From an uncultured Thermoleophilia bacterium (lineage in GTDB: Bacteria; Actinomycetota; Thermoleophilia; UBA2241): DNA of 64,000 nucleotides. Position numbers and translations under genes: made by a program. The notes under the pieces were generated by a model. That model was not told the origin of the DNA. It did not search any database and saw only the letters and a program-made list of their open reading frames with translations. This document shows positions 48,067-58,372 of this stretch, piece after piece (position 1 is the stretch's first letter; each line of letters begins with the position of its first letter). The stretch is taken from assembly GCA_963702475.1 (NCBI GenBank), contig CAVPCT010000003.1, forward strand, positions 544,001 through 608,000. The letters run 5' to 3'.

Positions 48067-49806
48067 ATGACTGACGACCTCTTCGACCTGAACGGTCTCG
48101 CCGCCTCTCTCTCCGGCGCGCTGGCGGAGCTGCTCACCGAGGCCGGGGCGGACGTCTCCGCGGCCCCGGTCGTCGAGCTCTCCGCGGCGCAGCGTCCGGA
48201 GCACGGCGACCTCACCACGAACGCGGCGATGGTCAGCGCCAAGGTAGCGCGCACGGCGCCGCGGGAGCTGGCCTCGGCGCTGGGTGAGCGCTGGCTGGCC
48301 GGCCCCGGCTCTGCGCTCTGCGAGCGCGTGGAGGTGGCCGGCCCGGGCTTCCTCAACCTGTTCCTGAAGGACGCCTGGTACGCCGGCGCCGTGCACCGCG
48401 TGATCGCCGAGGGCGCAAGCTACGGACGCGGCGTCCTTCCGCCCGAACGGCGCGTGAGGATGAACGTCGAGTTCGTGAGCGTGAACCCCACGGGCCCCCT
48501 CCACGTGGGTCACGCCCGCTACGCCTCGTACGGCGACGCCCTGTGCCGCATCTTCGCCTATGTGGGCCATGACGTGACGCGCGAGTTCTACGTGAACGAC
48601 TACGGTACGCAGATGACGCGCTTCGCGCAGTCGCTGGCCGCCCGTTACGGGCAGCGTCTCGGGCTCGACTCCGCGGTGCCCGAAGAAGGCTACCAGGGCG
48701 AGTATCTGCTCGACCTGGCAGACGTGCTGATCGCGGAGCGCGGGGAGCGCTACCGAGAAGCGATCGTTGCCGCCGGCGTCGACATGGAAGCGCTCGACCC
48801 CGGCACGCTCCAGGACATCAAGGTCTGGGGCCGGGACGCGACCCTCGGCCAGTTCCGCGTCACGCTCGAGCGCCTGCGCGTGCCGTTCGACGTGTGGACG
48901 CCCGAGAGCTCGCTCTACGAGGGCGAGGGCGAGCACCGCGGCTTCTCCGGCGAGGTGGGCAAGTCCCTGGCCGACCTGGACGGCGAGCGGCTCCTGTACG
49001 AGGAGGGCGGCGCGGTCTGGTTACGCACCACCCAGTACGGCGACGACAAGGACCGCGTCCTCATCCGTCAGACCGGCGATCCCACGTACTTCCTCAGCGA
49101 CATCGCCTACCACCGCGACAAGACGGACCGCGGCTTCGCTCACCTGATCGACATCTGGGGGGCGGACCACCACGGCTACGTGCCGCGCATGAAAGCCGCC
49201 TTCACGGCGCTGCCGCCGCACGATCCCGACAGGCTGGAGCTCATCATCGGGCAGCTCGTGAGCCTGCTGGAGAGCGGCGAGGCCAAGCGCATGAGCAAGC
49301 GCAAGGGCGACATCGTCACAGTCGACGACCTCGTCGACGCCGTGGGCGTGGACGCCGCGCGCTTCCTTCTCGTGGGGCGCTCGCACGACACCACCCTCGA
49401 GCTGGACATCGACGTGGCCCGCGAGCAGTCCAACAAGAACCCGGTGTATTACGTGCAGTACGCACACGCGCGCATCTGCAGCATCCTCCGCAACCTTCCC
49501 CACGGCGGGGAGGCTGGAGAAGCGCTGCCGGCCGCTCCGGCCGGGCCGTTCGAGCGCGCCCTGGTCCGCGCCCTGGCGCGCTACCCGCTGGTCCTGCTCA
49601 GCGCCACGGAGAACCGGGCCCCGCATCGCCTGTACACATACCTCGGCGAGCTCGCGGCCGAGTTCCACGTGTTCTATCGGCACTGCCGGGTGCTGGTGGA
49701 CGACGCCGACGTGGCCGCGTTCCGCGAGGGCTTGTGCCGGGCGACGCGCGACGTGCTCGCCGGCGGCCTCGCCCTTCTGGGGGTCTCGGCGCCGGACGCC
49801 ATGTGA
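48067..49806 (+). CDS. argS: Arginine-tRNA ligase
   Basis: EFVSVNPTGPLHVGH, WGADHHGY, RMSKRKG, YVQYAHAR. Confidence 0.96.
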   Translation: MTDDLFDLNGLAASLSGALAELLTEAGADVSAAPVVELSAAQRPEHGDLTTNAAMVSAKVARTAPRELASALGERWLAGPGSALCERVEVAGPGFLNLFLKDAWYAGAVHRVIAEGASYGRGVLPPERRVRMNVEFVSVNPTGPLHVGHARYASYGDALCRIFAYVGHDVTREFYVNDYGTQMTRFAQSLAARYGQRLGLDSAVPEEGYQGEYLLDLADVLIAERGERYREAIVAAGVDMEALDPGTLQDIKVWGRDATLGQFRVTLERLRVPFDVWTPESSLYEGEGEHRGFSGEVGKSLADLDGERLLYEEGGAVWLRTTQYGDDKDRVLIRQTGDPTYFLSDIAYHRDKTDRGFAHLIDIWGADHHGYVPRMKAAFTALPPHDPDRLELIIGQLVSLLESGEAKRMSKRKGDIVTVDDLVDAVGVDAARFLLVGRSHDTTLELDIDVAREQSNKNPVYYVQYAHARICSILRNLPHGGEAGEALPAAPAGPFERALVRALARYPLVLLSATENRAPHRLYTYLGELAAEFHVFYRHCRVLVDDADVAAFREGLCRATRDVLAGGLALLGVSAPDAM

Positions 49807-49840
49807 CGCGGCGCCGGCGCCGGGCGCTTCGCCCGGCGCC

Positions 49841-50263
49841 TCAGGCGCCGAAGCGCCGGCGCACCCAGTCTCTCAACTCCGCGGTCTCGTCCCGGTCCAG
49901 CTCGCGGTCGAGGCGCAGAAGCTGCGACACGGCGACGTTGTACTCCCCCTGCAGCAGCCGGTCCACGACGCTGTCCAGCACCGTCTTCGCCACCTCGCGG
50001 CCGGGGATGGCCGGCGTGTACACGTAGGCGATGCCGCTCCTGTCCTGCGTGAGCAGCCGTTTCTTGACGAGGTTGTTCATGACGGTCATCACCGTCGTGT
50101 AGGCGATCCTGCGGCGCTCTCGCAGTGTCTCGTAGACCTCGCGGACGGTCGTCCTGTCCCGTTGCCAGATCACGGCCAGGATGTCCGCTTCCAGCGAGCC
50201 GATCCCGGCGAACGGGGCCCCCTTGGCACTGCGCATCCACTGCGGCTGGGCTGGCTCATCCAT
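49841..50263 (-). CDS. BlaI/MecI/CopY family regulator
   Basis: GSLEADILAVIW...TVREV...AYTTVMTVMNNLVKK. Confidence 0.88.
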   Translation of the reverse strand: MDEPAQPQWMRSAKGAPFAGIGSLEADILAVIWQRDRTTVREVYETLRERRRIAYTTVMTVMNNLVKKRLLTQDRSGIAYVYTPAIPGREVAKTVLDSVVDRLLQGEYNVAVSQLLRLDRELDRDETAELRDWVRRRFGA

Positions 50264-50543
50264 GTGCACTCTCCTCCCGCTGCCCGGGCTGCGCACCCCG
50301 GCGGACGTGGCCCGGAGTACGAACCTCACGGTACGTATCATCCGTCGAAGTCGGGCGTTCGAATCATCGTGTGCCGTTCGCCTGCCCCGTGGGAGGCGGT
50401 CTGACCCGGCCGTCCACCGTCGGGCGCGTGGAGAGCCGGTGTCCGCCGGCTCCGAGGCAAGCGGCCGCATCGACCGTGTAGACTCAACCAGCCGGAAGTG
50501 CCGGGACGCCGGGACAGTGAGCAGACGCACGAGGAGGCCGAGG

Positions 50544-51611
50544 GTGGCGGGCGATGTCGGATTGCTGCGCGAGCTGTGTCTGGCGCCGGCGCCGTCCGGG
50601 TTCGAGGCTCCGGTGCAGGAGGTGGTGCGCAGGCGTCTCGCCCCGCTCGGTGAAGCGTCCCGTGACGCCCTCGGCGATCTCTGGCTGACGGCGGGGCCGT
50701 CCCGGGGCGCGCACGTCGTGGTCGCGGCGCACGCCGACCAGATCGGCCTCATCGTCACGTTCGTGGACGAACAGGGCTACCTGCGCGTCGACAAGATCGG
50801 CGGCGTCGCCGTCTCCCTCATCCCGGGCCGCGAGCTCGTGGTCCACGGGTCGCGCGGTCCGGTGCACGCCGTGGCCGGCCGCGCCCCCACGCACCTCACC
50901 AAGGAGGCAGACCGCGACAAGACGTCGCCGCTGCACGAGCAGTTCCTCGATATCGGGGCCTTCTCTCGTGAGGAGGCGCTCGAGCGGGTGGCGGTCGGCG
51001 ACGCGGTCACGTTCGCGCCCGCCTTCGTCGAGCTCTCGGCCGGCGTCGTCGCCACGCAGGCGCTCGACGATCGCGCCGGCGTGTACACGGCGGTGCGCGC
51101 CCTCGAGCTGTACGCCGGCTCTCCCGGCGCGGCAAGGCTCACGGCGCTGTGCACGGTGATGGAGGAGACGACCTTCATGGGGGCGAAGGCGGTCGCGCTG
51201 CGGCCGGCCCCGGACGTGTTCATCGTGGTCGACGGCGACTTCTGCAGCGACACGCCGGCGGCCGACGCCAAGCGGCTGGCCGGCGAAGTCCGGCTGGGCG
51301 CCGGGCCTGTTTTCGGGCGCGGCGCCGGGAGCCACCACGCCCTGCTCGGGCTGGCGCTCGACGTGGCCGCGCGGGAGGGCCTCCCGGTGCAGGTCAAAGC
51401 CGCCCCGGAGGCCATGTACACGGACGCCGACGAGCTCATGGCCGGCGGCACGGCGGCGACGTTGTCGCTGAGCCTGCCGGTGCGCTACATGCACTCGCCG
51501 TTCGAGGTCGCCCATCTCGACGACCTGGAGGCGGCGGCGCATCTGGTGGCCGCCCTCACGCGGCGTCTGGGCGACCCCGACGGCGCTGCTGTCATCGGGA
51601 GGACCTCATGA
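50544..51611 (+). CDS. M42 family aminopeptidase/endoglucanase
   Basis: PSGFE, AHADQIG, ALDDRAG, MEE, YMHSPFE; start approximate. Confidence 0.88.
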   Translation: MAGDVGLLRELCLAPAPSGFEAPVQEVVRRRLAPLGEASRDALGDLWLTAGPSRGAHVVVAAHADQIGLIVTFVDEQGYLRVDKIGGVAVSLIPGRELVVHGSRGPVHAVAGRAPTHLTKEADRDKTSPLHEQFLDIGAFSREEALERVAVGDAVTFAPAFVELSAGVVATQALDDRAGVYTAVRALELYAGSPGAARLTALCTVMEETTFMGAKAVALRPAPDVFIVVDGDFCSDTPAADAKRLAGEVRLGAGPVFGRGAGSHHALLGLALDVAAREGLPVQVKAAPEAMYTDADELMAGGTAATLSLSLPVRYMHSPFEVAHLDDLEAAAHLVAALTRRLGDPDGAAVIGRTS

Positions 51612-52423
51612 GGCTGTTCGTCGCCATCGATCTGGAAGGCATCAGCGGGGTGGTCTCGGAGGCCGACACAGAGCGTAGCGGCCCGGCGGCCGAGCAGGCC
51701 CGGCGCCACATGCGCGCCGATCTGGACGCCGTCCTCGCCGGCTGTCTCGCCGCCGGGGCACGGGACATCGTCGTGTGCGACGCGCACGACCACGGCCGGA
51801 ACCTGGATCCCGAAGGCCTGCCGGAAGAGGTCGTGCTGGTGGCCGGGTCGCCGACGCCCGACAGCATGCTGCAGGGCCTCGGCCCCGGCTTCGACGGCGC
51901 GCTTTTCGTGGGCTACCACGCGCGCGCCGGCACGGCCGGGGCCGTGCTCGAGCACACCTGGAACTACAAGGTCTTCTCGGCGGTCTTCGGCGACCTCGAG
52001 GTCGGCGAGTTCGGACTCGGCGCCCTGGTCGCCGGCCACCACGGCGTGCCCGCCGTGTACCTCTCCGGCGACGACAAGGCCGCCGCCGAGGCGGCGGCCT
52101 TGGTGCCGGGCATCGTGACCACCGTGGTGAAACGCGGCGTCACGCGGCTGGCCGCCGAGCTCCCGTCGCCCGCCTCGTCCCGCGCTCGCATGGCCGCGGA
52201 CGTCGAACGGGCGCTGCGCGCGCCGGAGAAGCCGGAACCGCTCGTCTGGAACGGCGAGCCACTGCGCCTCACGTTCACTCGCGTGGAGTTCTGCGACCGC
52301 GCCGCCGGCTGCCCGGGCGTGCGGCGTCTGGACGGGCGCACGCTCGAGATAGCCGGCGTCGGCCTGCCGGAGATCTACGGGGCCTTCCTGGCGTGCGTCG
52401 GCCTGTCTGAGCTTGGGATCTGA
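51608..52423 (+). CDS. M55 family D-aminopeptidase (DppA-like)
   Basis: DLEGISGV, DAH, GYHA, LEHT, SGDD; ATGA overlap with upstream gene. Confidence 0.9.
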   Translation: MRLFVAIDLEGISGVVSEADTERSGPAAEQARRHMRADLDAVLAGCLAAGARDIVVCDAHDHGRNLDPEGLPEEVVLVAGSPTPDSMLQGLGPGFDGALFVGYHARAGTAGAVLEHTWNYKVFSAVFGDLEVGEFGLGALVAGHHGVPAVYLSGDDKAAAEAAALVPGIVTTVVKRGVTRLAAELPSPASSRARMAADVERALRAPEKPEPLVWNGEPLRLTFTRVEFCDRAAGCPGVRRLDGRTLEIAGVGLPEIYGAFLACVGLSELGI

Positions 52424-52501
52424 GGTACCGCTCCTGTCGAGCGGGGCTCCGGCGGCGGCAAGTTGCGGGGTGCCGTCGCCTGTGGTGAACTAGCACGGCG
52501 A

Positions 52502-52577
52502 GCGGATGTGGTGCAGTTGGTAGCACGTCAGCTTCCCAAGCTGAAGACCGCGGGTTCGAGTCCCGTCATCCGCTCCA
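52502..52577 (+). tRNA. tRNA-Gly(CCC)
   Basis: Acceptor GCGGATG/CATCCGC, anticodon arm TCAGC-ttCCCaa-GCTGA, GGTTCGAG T-loop, encoded CCA. Confidence 0.96.
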
Positions 52578-52805
52578 GTTCCCGATCCTTGGCGTCTGAC
52601 CCGCCATATCGTCACCCCTGACCGGTCCTCCCATCCCCCCGACTGGCGCTCGCGGCCGGCCGCCGCGCCCCATCGGTCGCCCTCCTCGCCGCCCTGTGGT
52701 GTGCCGCTCGAGCGAAGTCAGGATTCCCTGCCGGTGGAAATGCGGGTATCCTAACGATGTATCCCGCCTCCCGACCCCGGAGGCTCTGCAGGAGCGGAGG
52801 ACACG

Positions 52806-53462
52806 TTGCCCACACGCACCCACGGCACGGACGAGTATCTGGAGGCCATCTTCAAGCTCGAACGCGGCGCCGAGCCCGTCACGGTCAAGCGCCTCGCGAC
52901 AGAGCTGGGTTTCACGCCGCCCTCGGTGTCCGAGATGGTGTCGCGGCTCAGGGCTCAGGGTCTGGTGGAGGAGAGGGGCGAGGGCGGCATCCGCCTCACC
53001 TCAGAGGGCGCGCGCGAGGGCGCGAGCCTGGTGCGTCGACACCGTCTCAGTGAACGCTTCCTGGTCGACTACCTCGGCATGCCGTGGGACGAGGTGCACG
53101 ACGAGGCGTGCAAGCTCGAACACGTGCTCAGCCCCGAGGTCGAGGCGCGCCTGGCGGAGCAGCTCGGCGACCCGCGCACCTGCCCGCACGGCCACGTTAT
53201 CCCGGCCGAGGACGGCACGCTCGCGGAGACGGAGCTGCGGCCCCTCTCCGACCTCGAGATCGGCGATCGCGCCGTGATCGGGTGCATCACCGAGGAGAGC
53301 GGCGAGTTCCTGCGGTACCTCGGCTCGCTGGGACTTCTTCCGGAGACCCCCGTCGAGATCGAGAGCGTCGCTCCTTTCGGCGGCCCGTTGCTGGTGCGCG
53401 TGGCCGGGTCTCAGTACGCCTTGGGCCGTGAGGTGGCCGGCAAGATCATGGTCCGTTCCTGA
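52806..53462 (+). CDS. DtxR/MntR family metal-dependent regulator with FeoA domain
   Basis: EYLEAI, RRHRLSERFL, EACKLEH, CPHG, C-terminal FeoA (LGLLP...APFGGP). Confidence 0.92.
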   Translation: MPTRTHGTDEYLEAIFKLERGAEPVTVKRLATELGFTPPSVSEMVSRLRAQGLVEERGEGGIRLTSEGAREGASLVRRHRLSERFLVDYLGMPWDEVHDEACKLEHVLSPEVEARLAEQLGDPRTCPHGHVIPAEDGTLAETELRPLSDLEIGDRAVIGCITEESGEFLRYLGSLGLLPETPVEIESVAPFGGPLLVRVAGSQYALGREVAGKIMVRS

Positions 53463-53465
53463 GCC

Positions 53466-55454
53466 GTGACCGCCGCCGTCGCCCCGTCGCAACGCCCTCA
53501 TCACATGCGCCACGCCGACGAGCCGTTGGTCGTCTACGTCGCCGGCAACCCCAACGTCGGCAAGACCTCGTTGTTCAACGCGCTCACGGGCGCGGCCGAA
53601 GAAACGGCCAACTACGCCGGTGTGAGCGTCGAGACCGTGAGTCTCTGCACGCACTGGGGCGAGCGCTCTGTCGAGGTGGTCGACCTGCCCGGCGCCTACG
53701 CGCTGGCGGGCAGGTCGGAGGACCAGCGCGCGGCGCGGGACGATCTCCTGGCGCGCCGGCCGGACGTGGTGGTGGCCGTGGTCGACTCGACCAACCTCGG
53801 GCGCGGCCTGTACCTGCCGCTGCAGCTCATCGACCTGGGCTACCACGTCGCCCTGGCCCTCAACCTCACAGACGAGGCGCGCCGCCGGGGCCGGGAGCCA
53901 GACGCTCATGTGCTCGAAGAACGACTCGGGGCGCCGGTGGTACCCACGGTGGCGCCCCGCGGCCACGGCCTGCCGGAGCTGCAGACGGCCATCATCGACG
54001 CCGCGTTCGACCCGCGCTTCAGGCGACGCGGCACCCAGCTCCCCAAGGCCGTCGAGGCCCGCCTGCACCAGCTCGCCGCCGAGATCGCGAAGCGCCGCGG
54101 CGACGGCGAGCTGCCCGGCGGGTTCACGCCGAGAGCCACGGCGCTGGCCGTGCTCGAGGGCGACACGGCCATCGCCGAGGGCCTCGGCCTCGTCGCTGAC
54201 GGCGTGCTCACCAAGGACGACGACGGCCTCGCCGTACAGATCGCCTCGGCGCGGCACGCCGAGGCGCGGCGCCTCGCCGCTGCGGCGCAGGCGCCGCCCA
54301 GCGCCGCCTCCGACACGCTGTGGCGCCTCACGACCTCGCCGCGCACCGGCATCCCCATCATGATCGGCGTGGTGGCGGCCATGTTCGCCACGCTGTTCGT
54401 GGTCGGGGATGTGCTGTCGCGGCTGCTCACCGGGCTCTGGACGGCGTGGATCTCGCCGGCCGTGATCAGCGCGGTGGAGGCCGTGCTCGGCGACGGCACG
54501 GCGGCGCGCATCGTGCTCTGGGGCGTGGACGGCGGCATCCTCGCCACACTCGCCGTCGGCATCCCGTACATCCTCACGTTCTACCTGATCCTCGCGCTGG
54601 TGGAGGACTCCGGATACATGAACGCGGCGGCGTTCCTGAGCGATCGCGTGATGCACCGGTTCGGGCTGCACGGTCGCGCCGTGATGCCGCTCATCGCGGC
54701 CGGCGGCTGCAATGTCCCGGCCGTGATCGCCACGCGCACGCTCTCCAACCCGCGCGAACGATTCATCGCCTCCGTGCTCGCCACGCTCACGCCGTGCAGC
54801 GCGCGCACGGCCGTGATCATCGGCGCCGTGGCCGGCGTGGCCGGCTGGCAGTACGCCCTGCTCACGTACGGCGTGCTGCTCGTCGTGCTGGTCGGCGCCG
54901 GCCTTGTTCTGAACCGCCTGCTGCCGGGCGAAGAGGGACCTCTCGTCATGGAGATGTTCCCCTTCAGGCGGCCGGTGATCCGCCAGGTCCTGGCCAAGAC
55001 CTGGCGGCGCTTTCGCGAGTTCGTCTGGGACGCCGCCCCCATCATCCTGCTCGGCAGCATGGCGCTCGGCGTGCTCTACGAGACCGGGCTCGTCTGGAAC
55101 CTCGGGCCGGTCCTCTCGCCCATCGTCGAGGGCTGGCTCATGCTGCCGGCCGTTGCAGGGCTCACGCTCATCTTCGCCGTGCTGCGCAAGGAGATGGCGC
55201 TCCAGCTCCTGCTGGTGTTCGCGGCCGTCGAAGCCGGCGGTGCGGTGGTGAGCATCGCGACGATCATGTCGACGTCGCAGATCGTGACGTACGCTCTGGT
55301 GAACGCCATCTACATCCCCTGCCTCGCCACGATCACCGTGCTCGGCCGCGTGGTGGGCTGGAAACGCACGGTGTACATCATCCTGGGCACCATCGCCCTC
55401 GCTCTCGCGGTCGGCGGTGTCGTGGCCCGTCTGCTCCCGCTGCTCGGCGCCTGA
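53466..55454 (+). CDS. feoB: Ferrous iron transporter B
   Basis: GNPNVGKTSLFNALTG, DLPGAY, EDSGYM, GCNVPA, PCSAR. Confidence 0.94.
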   Translation: MTAAVAPSQRPHHMRHADEPLVVYVAGNPNVGKTSLFNALTGAAEETANYAGVSVETVSLCTHWGERSVEVVDLPGAYALAGRSEDQRAARDDLLARRPDVVVAVVDSTNLGRGLYLPLQLIDLGYHVALALNLTDEARRRGREPDAHVLEERLGAPVVPTVAPRGHGLPELQTAIIDAAFDPRFRRRGTQLPKAVEARLHQLAAEIAKRRGDGELPGGFTPRATALAVLEGDTAIAEGLGLVADGVLTKDDDGLAVQIASARHAEARRLAAAAQAPPSAASDTLWRLTTSPRTGIPIMIGVVAAMFATLFVVGDVLSRLLTGLWTAWISPAVISAVEAVLGDGTAARIVLWGVDGGILATLAVGIPYILTFYLILALVEDSGYMNAAAFLSDRVMHRFGLHGRAVMPLIAAGGCNVPAVIATRTLSNPRERFIASVLATLTPCSARTAVIIGAVAGVAGWQYALLTYGVLLVVLVGAGLVLNRLLPGEEGPLVMEMFPFRRPVIRQVLAKTWRRFREFVWDAAPIILLGSMALGVLYETGLVWNLGPVLSPIVEGWLMLPAVAGLTLIFAVLRKEMALQLLLVFAAVEAGGAVVSIATIMSTSQIVTYALVNAIYIPCLATITVLGRVVGWKRTVYIILGTIALALAVGGVVARLLPLLGA

Positions 55455-55552
55455 GGCGCCGCGCTCGAGCACGGCGCACGGCACGAGGATTGGCCGTCGC
55501 CGGCCGGTGGTAGGATTCCTCTCGCCCGGAGAGAATCCCGAGGCGCGCGACC

Positions 55553-56041
55553 ATGGGCCACTCCGACCGACACATCCGGCGTCAGGCGTCCCGCCTGCTC
55601 CACGGTGCCGGCATCACCCGCGAGCCGGTGTCGCTGCGCGACGTCGTCAGCGCCCTGAACCTCGAGGTCGTCCAGACCGCCCGGGAGCCGTTCATGAGCG
55701 AAGCTGCTCTCGAGCCGCTGGGTGACGGCTACGCCATCGTCCTGCACGGCGACAGCGACGAACGCCGTCGCCGCTTCACCATCGCCCACGAGATCGGTCA
55801 CTTCGTGCTGCATCCGGGGCGGCCGCGCATGGAGCGAGGCGGACAGGTCACCGAGGGAGGCCGGCTCGAGGAGCGTGAGGCCGACGTGTTCGCCGCCGAG
55901 CTGCTCATGCCCGAGCCCCTGGTCCGCGAGGCGGTGTACGAGCAGGGGCTCGACGTCGCGCGGCTCTCGGACCGCTTCCTCGTGAGCCGCAGGGCCATGC
56001 AGCTTCGTCTCAGGTACCTCGGGCTCGCGCACGACGCCTGA
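55553..56041 (+). CDS. ImmA/IrrE family metallo-endopeptidase
   Basis: RRRFTIAHEIGH, EREADVFAAELLMP. Confidence 0.88.
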   Translation: MGHSDRHIRRQASRLLHGAGITREPVSLRDVVSALNLEVVQTAREPFMSEAALEPLGDGYAIVLHGDSDERRRRFTIAHEIGHFVLHPGRPRMERGGQVTEGGRLEEREADVFAAELLMPEPLVREAVYEQGLDVARLSDRFLVSRRAMQLRLRYLGLAHDA

Positions 56042-56126
56042 GGCCGGGCTGACCCGGGTCGTACGCCGGAAGGACGGGAGCCGGCGGCCCGGGTGAGACG
56101 GTCGCCCGCCGCGACCCGCCCGCCCG

Positions 56127-56906
56127 TCAGCCGTTCTGCGGGGCGTTCGCCTGCACCCATCCCAGGGTCGCGCGTGCGACCTCAGGCGAGCGCCCGGGCG
56201 CGTGGTGTCCCCCGCTCTCCAGCACCAGGAACCGCGTCGGCGGAGCGAGCACGGCCGCGAGGCGCTCGCTGTGGGCGAAGGGGACCGCGTCGTCGTCGCG
56301 CGCGTGCGCGAGCAGCACGCGCGGCATGCACTTGGCCACAGTCACCAGGTCCAGGCGCGCGAGGAACGGCCGCAGAGCGGCCGCGTCGAAGCGCCCCCGG
56401 TAGCCCGGTTCCCGGTGGGCGCCGAGCGCTGCGCCCTCGGCGCCCACGCGGGCGTCGCGCTCGCCCTCCAGCTCGTCGAGCCCGGCGAGCAGCGACGGGC
56501 CGTCGGCCGGGCAGAGCGCGACCAGCGCGCTGAACAGCTCGGGGTGGGCGTGGGCGGCCAGCAGCAGCATGCAGCCGCCCATGCTCGCCCCGCGTGCCGC
56601 GACCCAGGGCGCGCCGCTCAGGCGTAGCAGGGTCTCGGCGGCCGCCACCACGTCGTGCCAGGCGTCCGGGTCCAGGACGCCGGCGCTGTCCCCGTGGCCG
56701 CGGAAGTCGAACGTGAGCGCGGCCAGCCCGGCCGCGGCCGCCTGCTCGCCCATGAGGGCGTGGTTCTCCTTGCGGCTGCCGGCGCCGTGGCAGACCACGA
56801 GTGCGCCGTCGGGCTCGCCGGCCGGCCGGTAGAGCAGGCCGGCGAGCTCGAGCCCGTCAGCGGTGAACGTGATCGGGTGGGGGAGTGCGGGGGGAGCGTT
56901 CGTCAC
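56127..56906 (-). CDS. Alpha/beta hydrolase
   Basis: CHG, FDFRGHGDS, GASMGG nucleophile elbow, D and H catalytic positions. Confidence 0.88.
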   Translation of the reverse strand: MTNAPPALPHPITFTADGLELAGLLYRPAGEPDGALVVCHGAGSRKENHALMGEQAAAAGLAALTFDFRGHGDSAGVLDPDAWHDVVAAAETLLRLSGAPWVAARGASMGGCMLLLAAHAHPELFSALVALCPADGPSLLAGLDELEGERDARVGAEGAALGAHREPGYRGRFDAAALRPFLARLDLVTVAKCMPRVLLAHARDDDAVPFAHSERLAAVLAPPTRFLVLESGGHHAPGRSPEVARATLGWVQANAPQNG

Positions 56907-57103
56907 AGCGGCAGTCTAAACCGCCGGTCGCGGACGTGGGTGGCGAGGGACTGACGATCGCGCGGGTCGGCGGCAACGCGGTCGACGCCGGGGCGGTCGC
57001 GGCCGCGCCCCGCGGCGCCCCGGCCCTGCGCTGGGCGCCGTCGCGAAGCGCCTGCGGTTTTCCTGTACTATCCGGCGGCCCTGCCCGCCGTCCTGGAGGC
57101 CTC

Positions 57104-58354
57104 ATGCACGAAGTCAACGTCGGCCGCAAGTCGCTGGCCGACTACCGCTCCATCGTTCCGCGCGAGCTCATGGATGAGATCGATGCCCTCGCCGAGGAAC
57201 TGCGCGGCGCTCGCGTGCTGCACGTCAACGCCACCGCCTTCGGCGGCGGCGTCGCCGAGATCCTGTACACGCTGGTCCCGCTGGTCACCGACGCCGGTCT
57301 GCACGCCGAGTGGCGGGTGATGAGCGCGCCGCCCGAGTTCTTCAACGTCACCAAGAGCTTCCACAACGGCCTGCAGGGCCACGACGTCGACTTCCCGGCC
57401 GAGGCCCGGACGCTCTACGAGGACGTGTGCAGGGCCAACGCGGCCGACCTCACGCGCGACTACGAGTTCATCGTGATCCACGACCCCCAGCCGCTGCTCA
57501 TGCGGGGCTTCGCCACGCAGGTGCCGGCTGAGACGAAGTGGGCGTGGCGCTGCCACATCGACACGTCCACACCCAACGTGGCGCTGTACGACTACCTGCT
57601 GCCGTCCATCAACGCTTACGACGCGGCCGTGTACACCCTGCGCGACTACGTGCCGCAGGGTCTCACGGTGCCGGTGCGCGAGATCGCCCCGACCATCGAT
57701 CCACTGGCGCCGAAGAACATGCGCCTCTCCTCCGAAGACGCCACCTACATCGTGCGACAGTTCGGCGTGGACGTGGAGCGCCCGCTGCTTCTGCAGGTGT
57801 CGCGTTTCGACCCCTGGAAGGACCCGCTCGGACTGGTCGACGTGTACCGCGCCGTCAAGAAGGTGCACGAGGGCGCGCAGCTGGCGCTGATCGGCTCCAT
57901 GGCCAGTGACGACCCCGAGGGCTGGGAGTTCCTCGAGAAGGTCATCGACTACGTGGGGGAGGACCCCGATGTGTTCGTGCTCTCCAACCTGGACAACGTG
58001 GGCTCCGTGGAGGTGAACGCGTTCCAGAGCCACGCCGACGTGGTCATCCAGAAGTCGCTGCGCGAGGGCTTCGGTCTCACGGTGACGGAGGCGCTGTGGA
58101 AGGCGCGACCCACCATCGGCGGTGCCGTGGGAGGCATCCCGCTGCAGATCCAGAACGGTGTGACCGGGTACCTGGTGAGCTCCGCCGCCGAGTGTGCCGA
58201 GCGCTGCCTCGAGGTGATGGCCGAGCCGGCCAGGCATCGCGAGATGGCCCTGGCCGGCAAGGAGTACGTGCGGCGCGAGTTCCTCACGCCGCGCCTGCTG
58301 CGGGACGACCTGCGGCTCTTCCGCGACCTGCGCGCGGGTAAGATAGCCGAGTAG
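57104..58354 (+). CDS. treT: Trehalose glycosyltransferring synthase-like (GT4)
   Basis: NATAFGGGVAEIL, TKSFHNGLQG, HDPQP, WRCHID, SRFDPWKD, EGFGLTVTEA. Confidence 0.85.
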   Translation: MHEVNVGRKSLADYRSIVPRELMDEIDALAEELRGARVLHVNATAFGGGVAEILYTLVPLVTDAGLHAEWRVMSAPPEFFNVTKSFHNGLQGHDVDFPAEARTLYEDVCRANAADLTRDYEFIVIHDPQPLLMRGFATQVPAETKWAWRCHIDTSTPNVALYDYLLPSINAYDAAVYTLRDYVPQGLTVPVREIAPTIDPLAPKNMRLSSEDATYIVRQFGVDVERPLLLQVSRFDPWKDPLGLVDVYRAVKKVHEGAQLALIGSMASDDPEGWEFLEKVIDYVGEDPDVFVLSNLDNVGSVEVNAFQSHADVVIQKSLREGFGLTVTEALWKARPTIGGAVGGIPLQIQNGVTGYLVSSAAECAERCLEVMAEPARHREMALAGKEYVRREFLTPRLLRDDLRLFRDLRAGKIAE

Positions 58355-58372
58355 GTCCCAAGCGAACAGGGG

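Noticed and set aside
50264-50543. BlaI operator or ncRNA in the blaI-M42 intergenic region
   Set aside because: No convincing TACA-N2-TGTA palindrome or recognisable RNA fold; no BlaR/M56 partner nearby.
52502-52800. tRNA-Gly as an integration site for a mobile element
   Set aside because: No integrase, transposase or repeated tRNA 3' end seen in the window.
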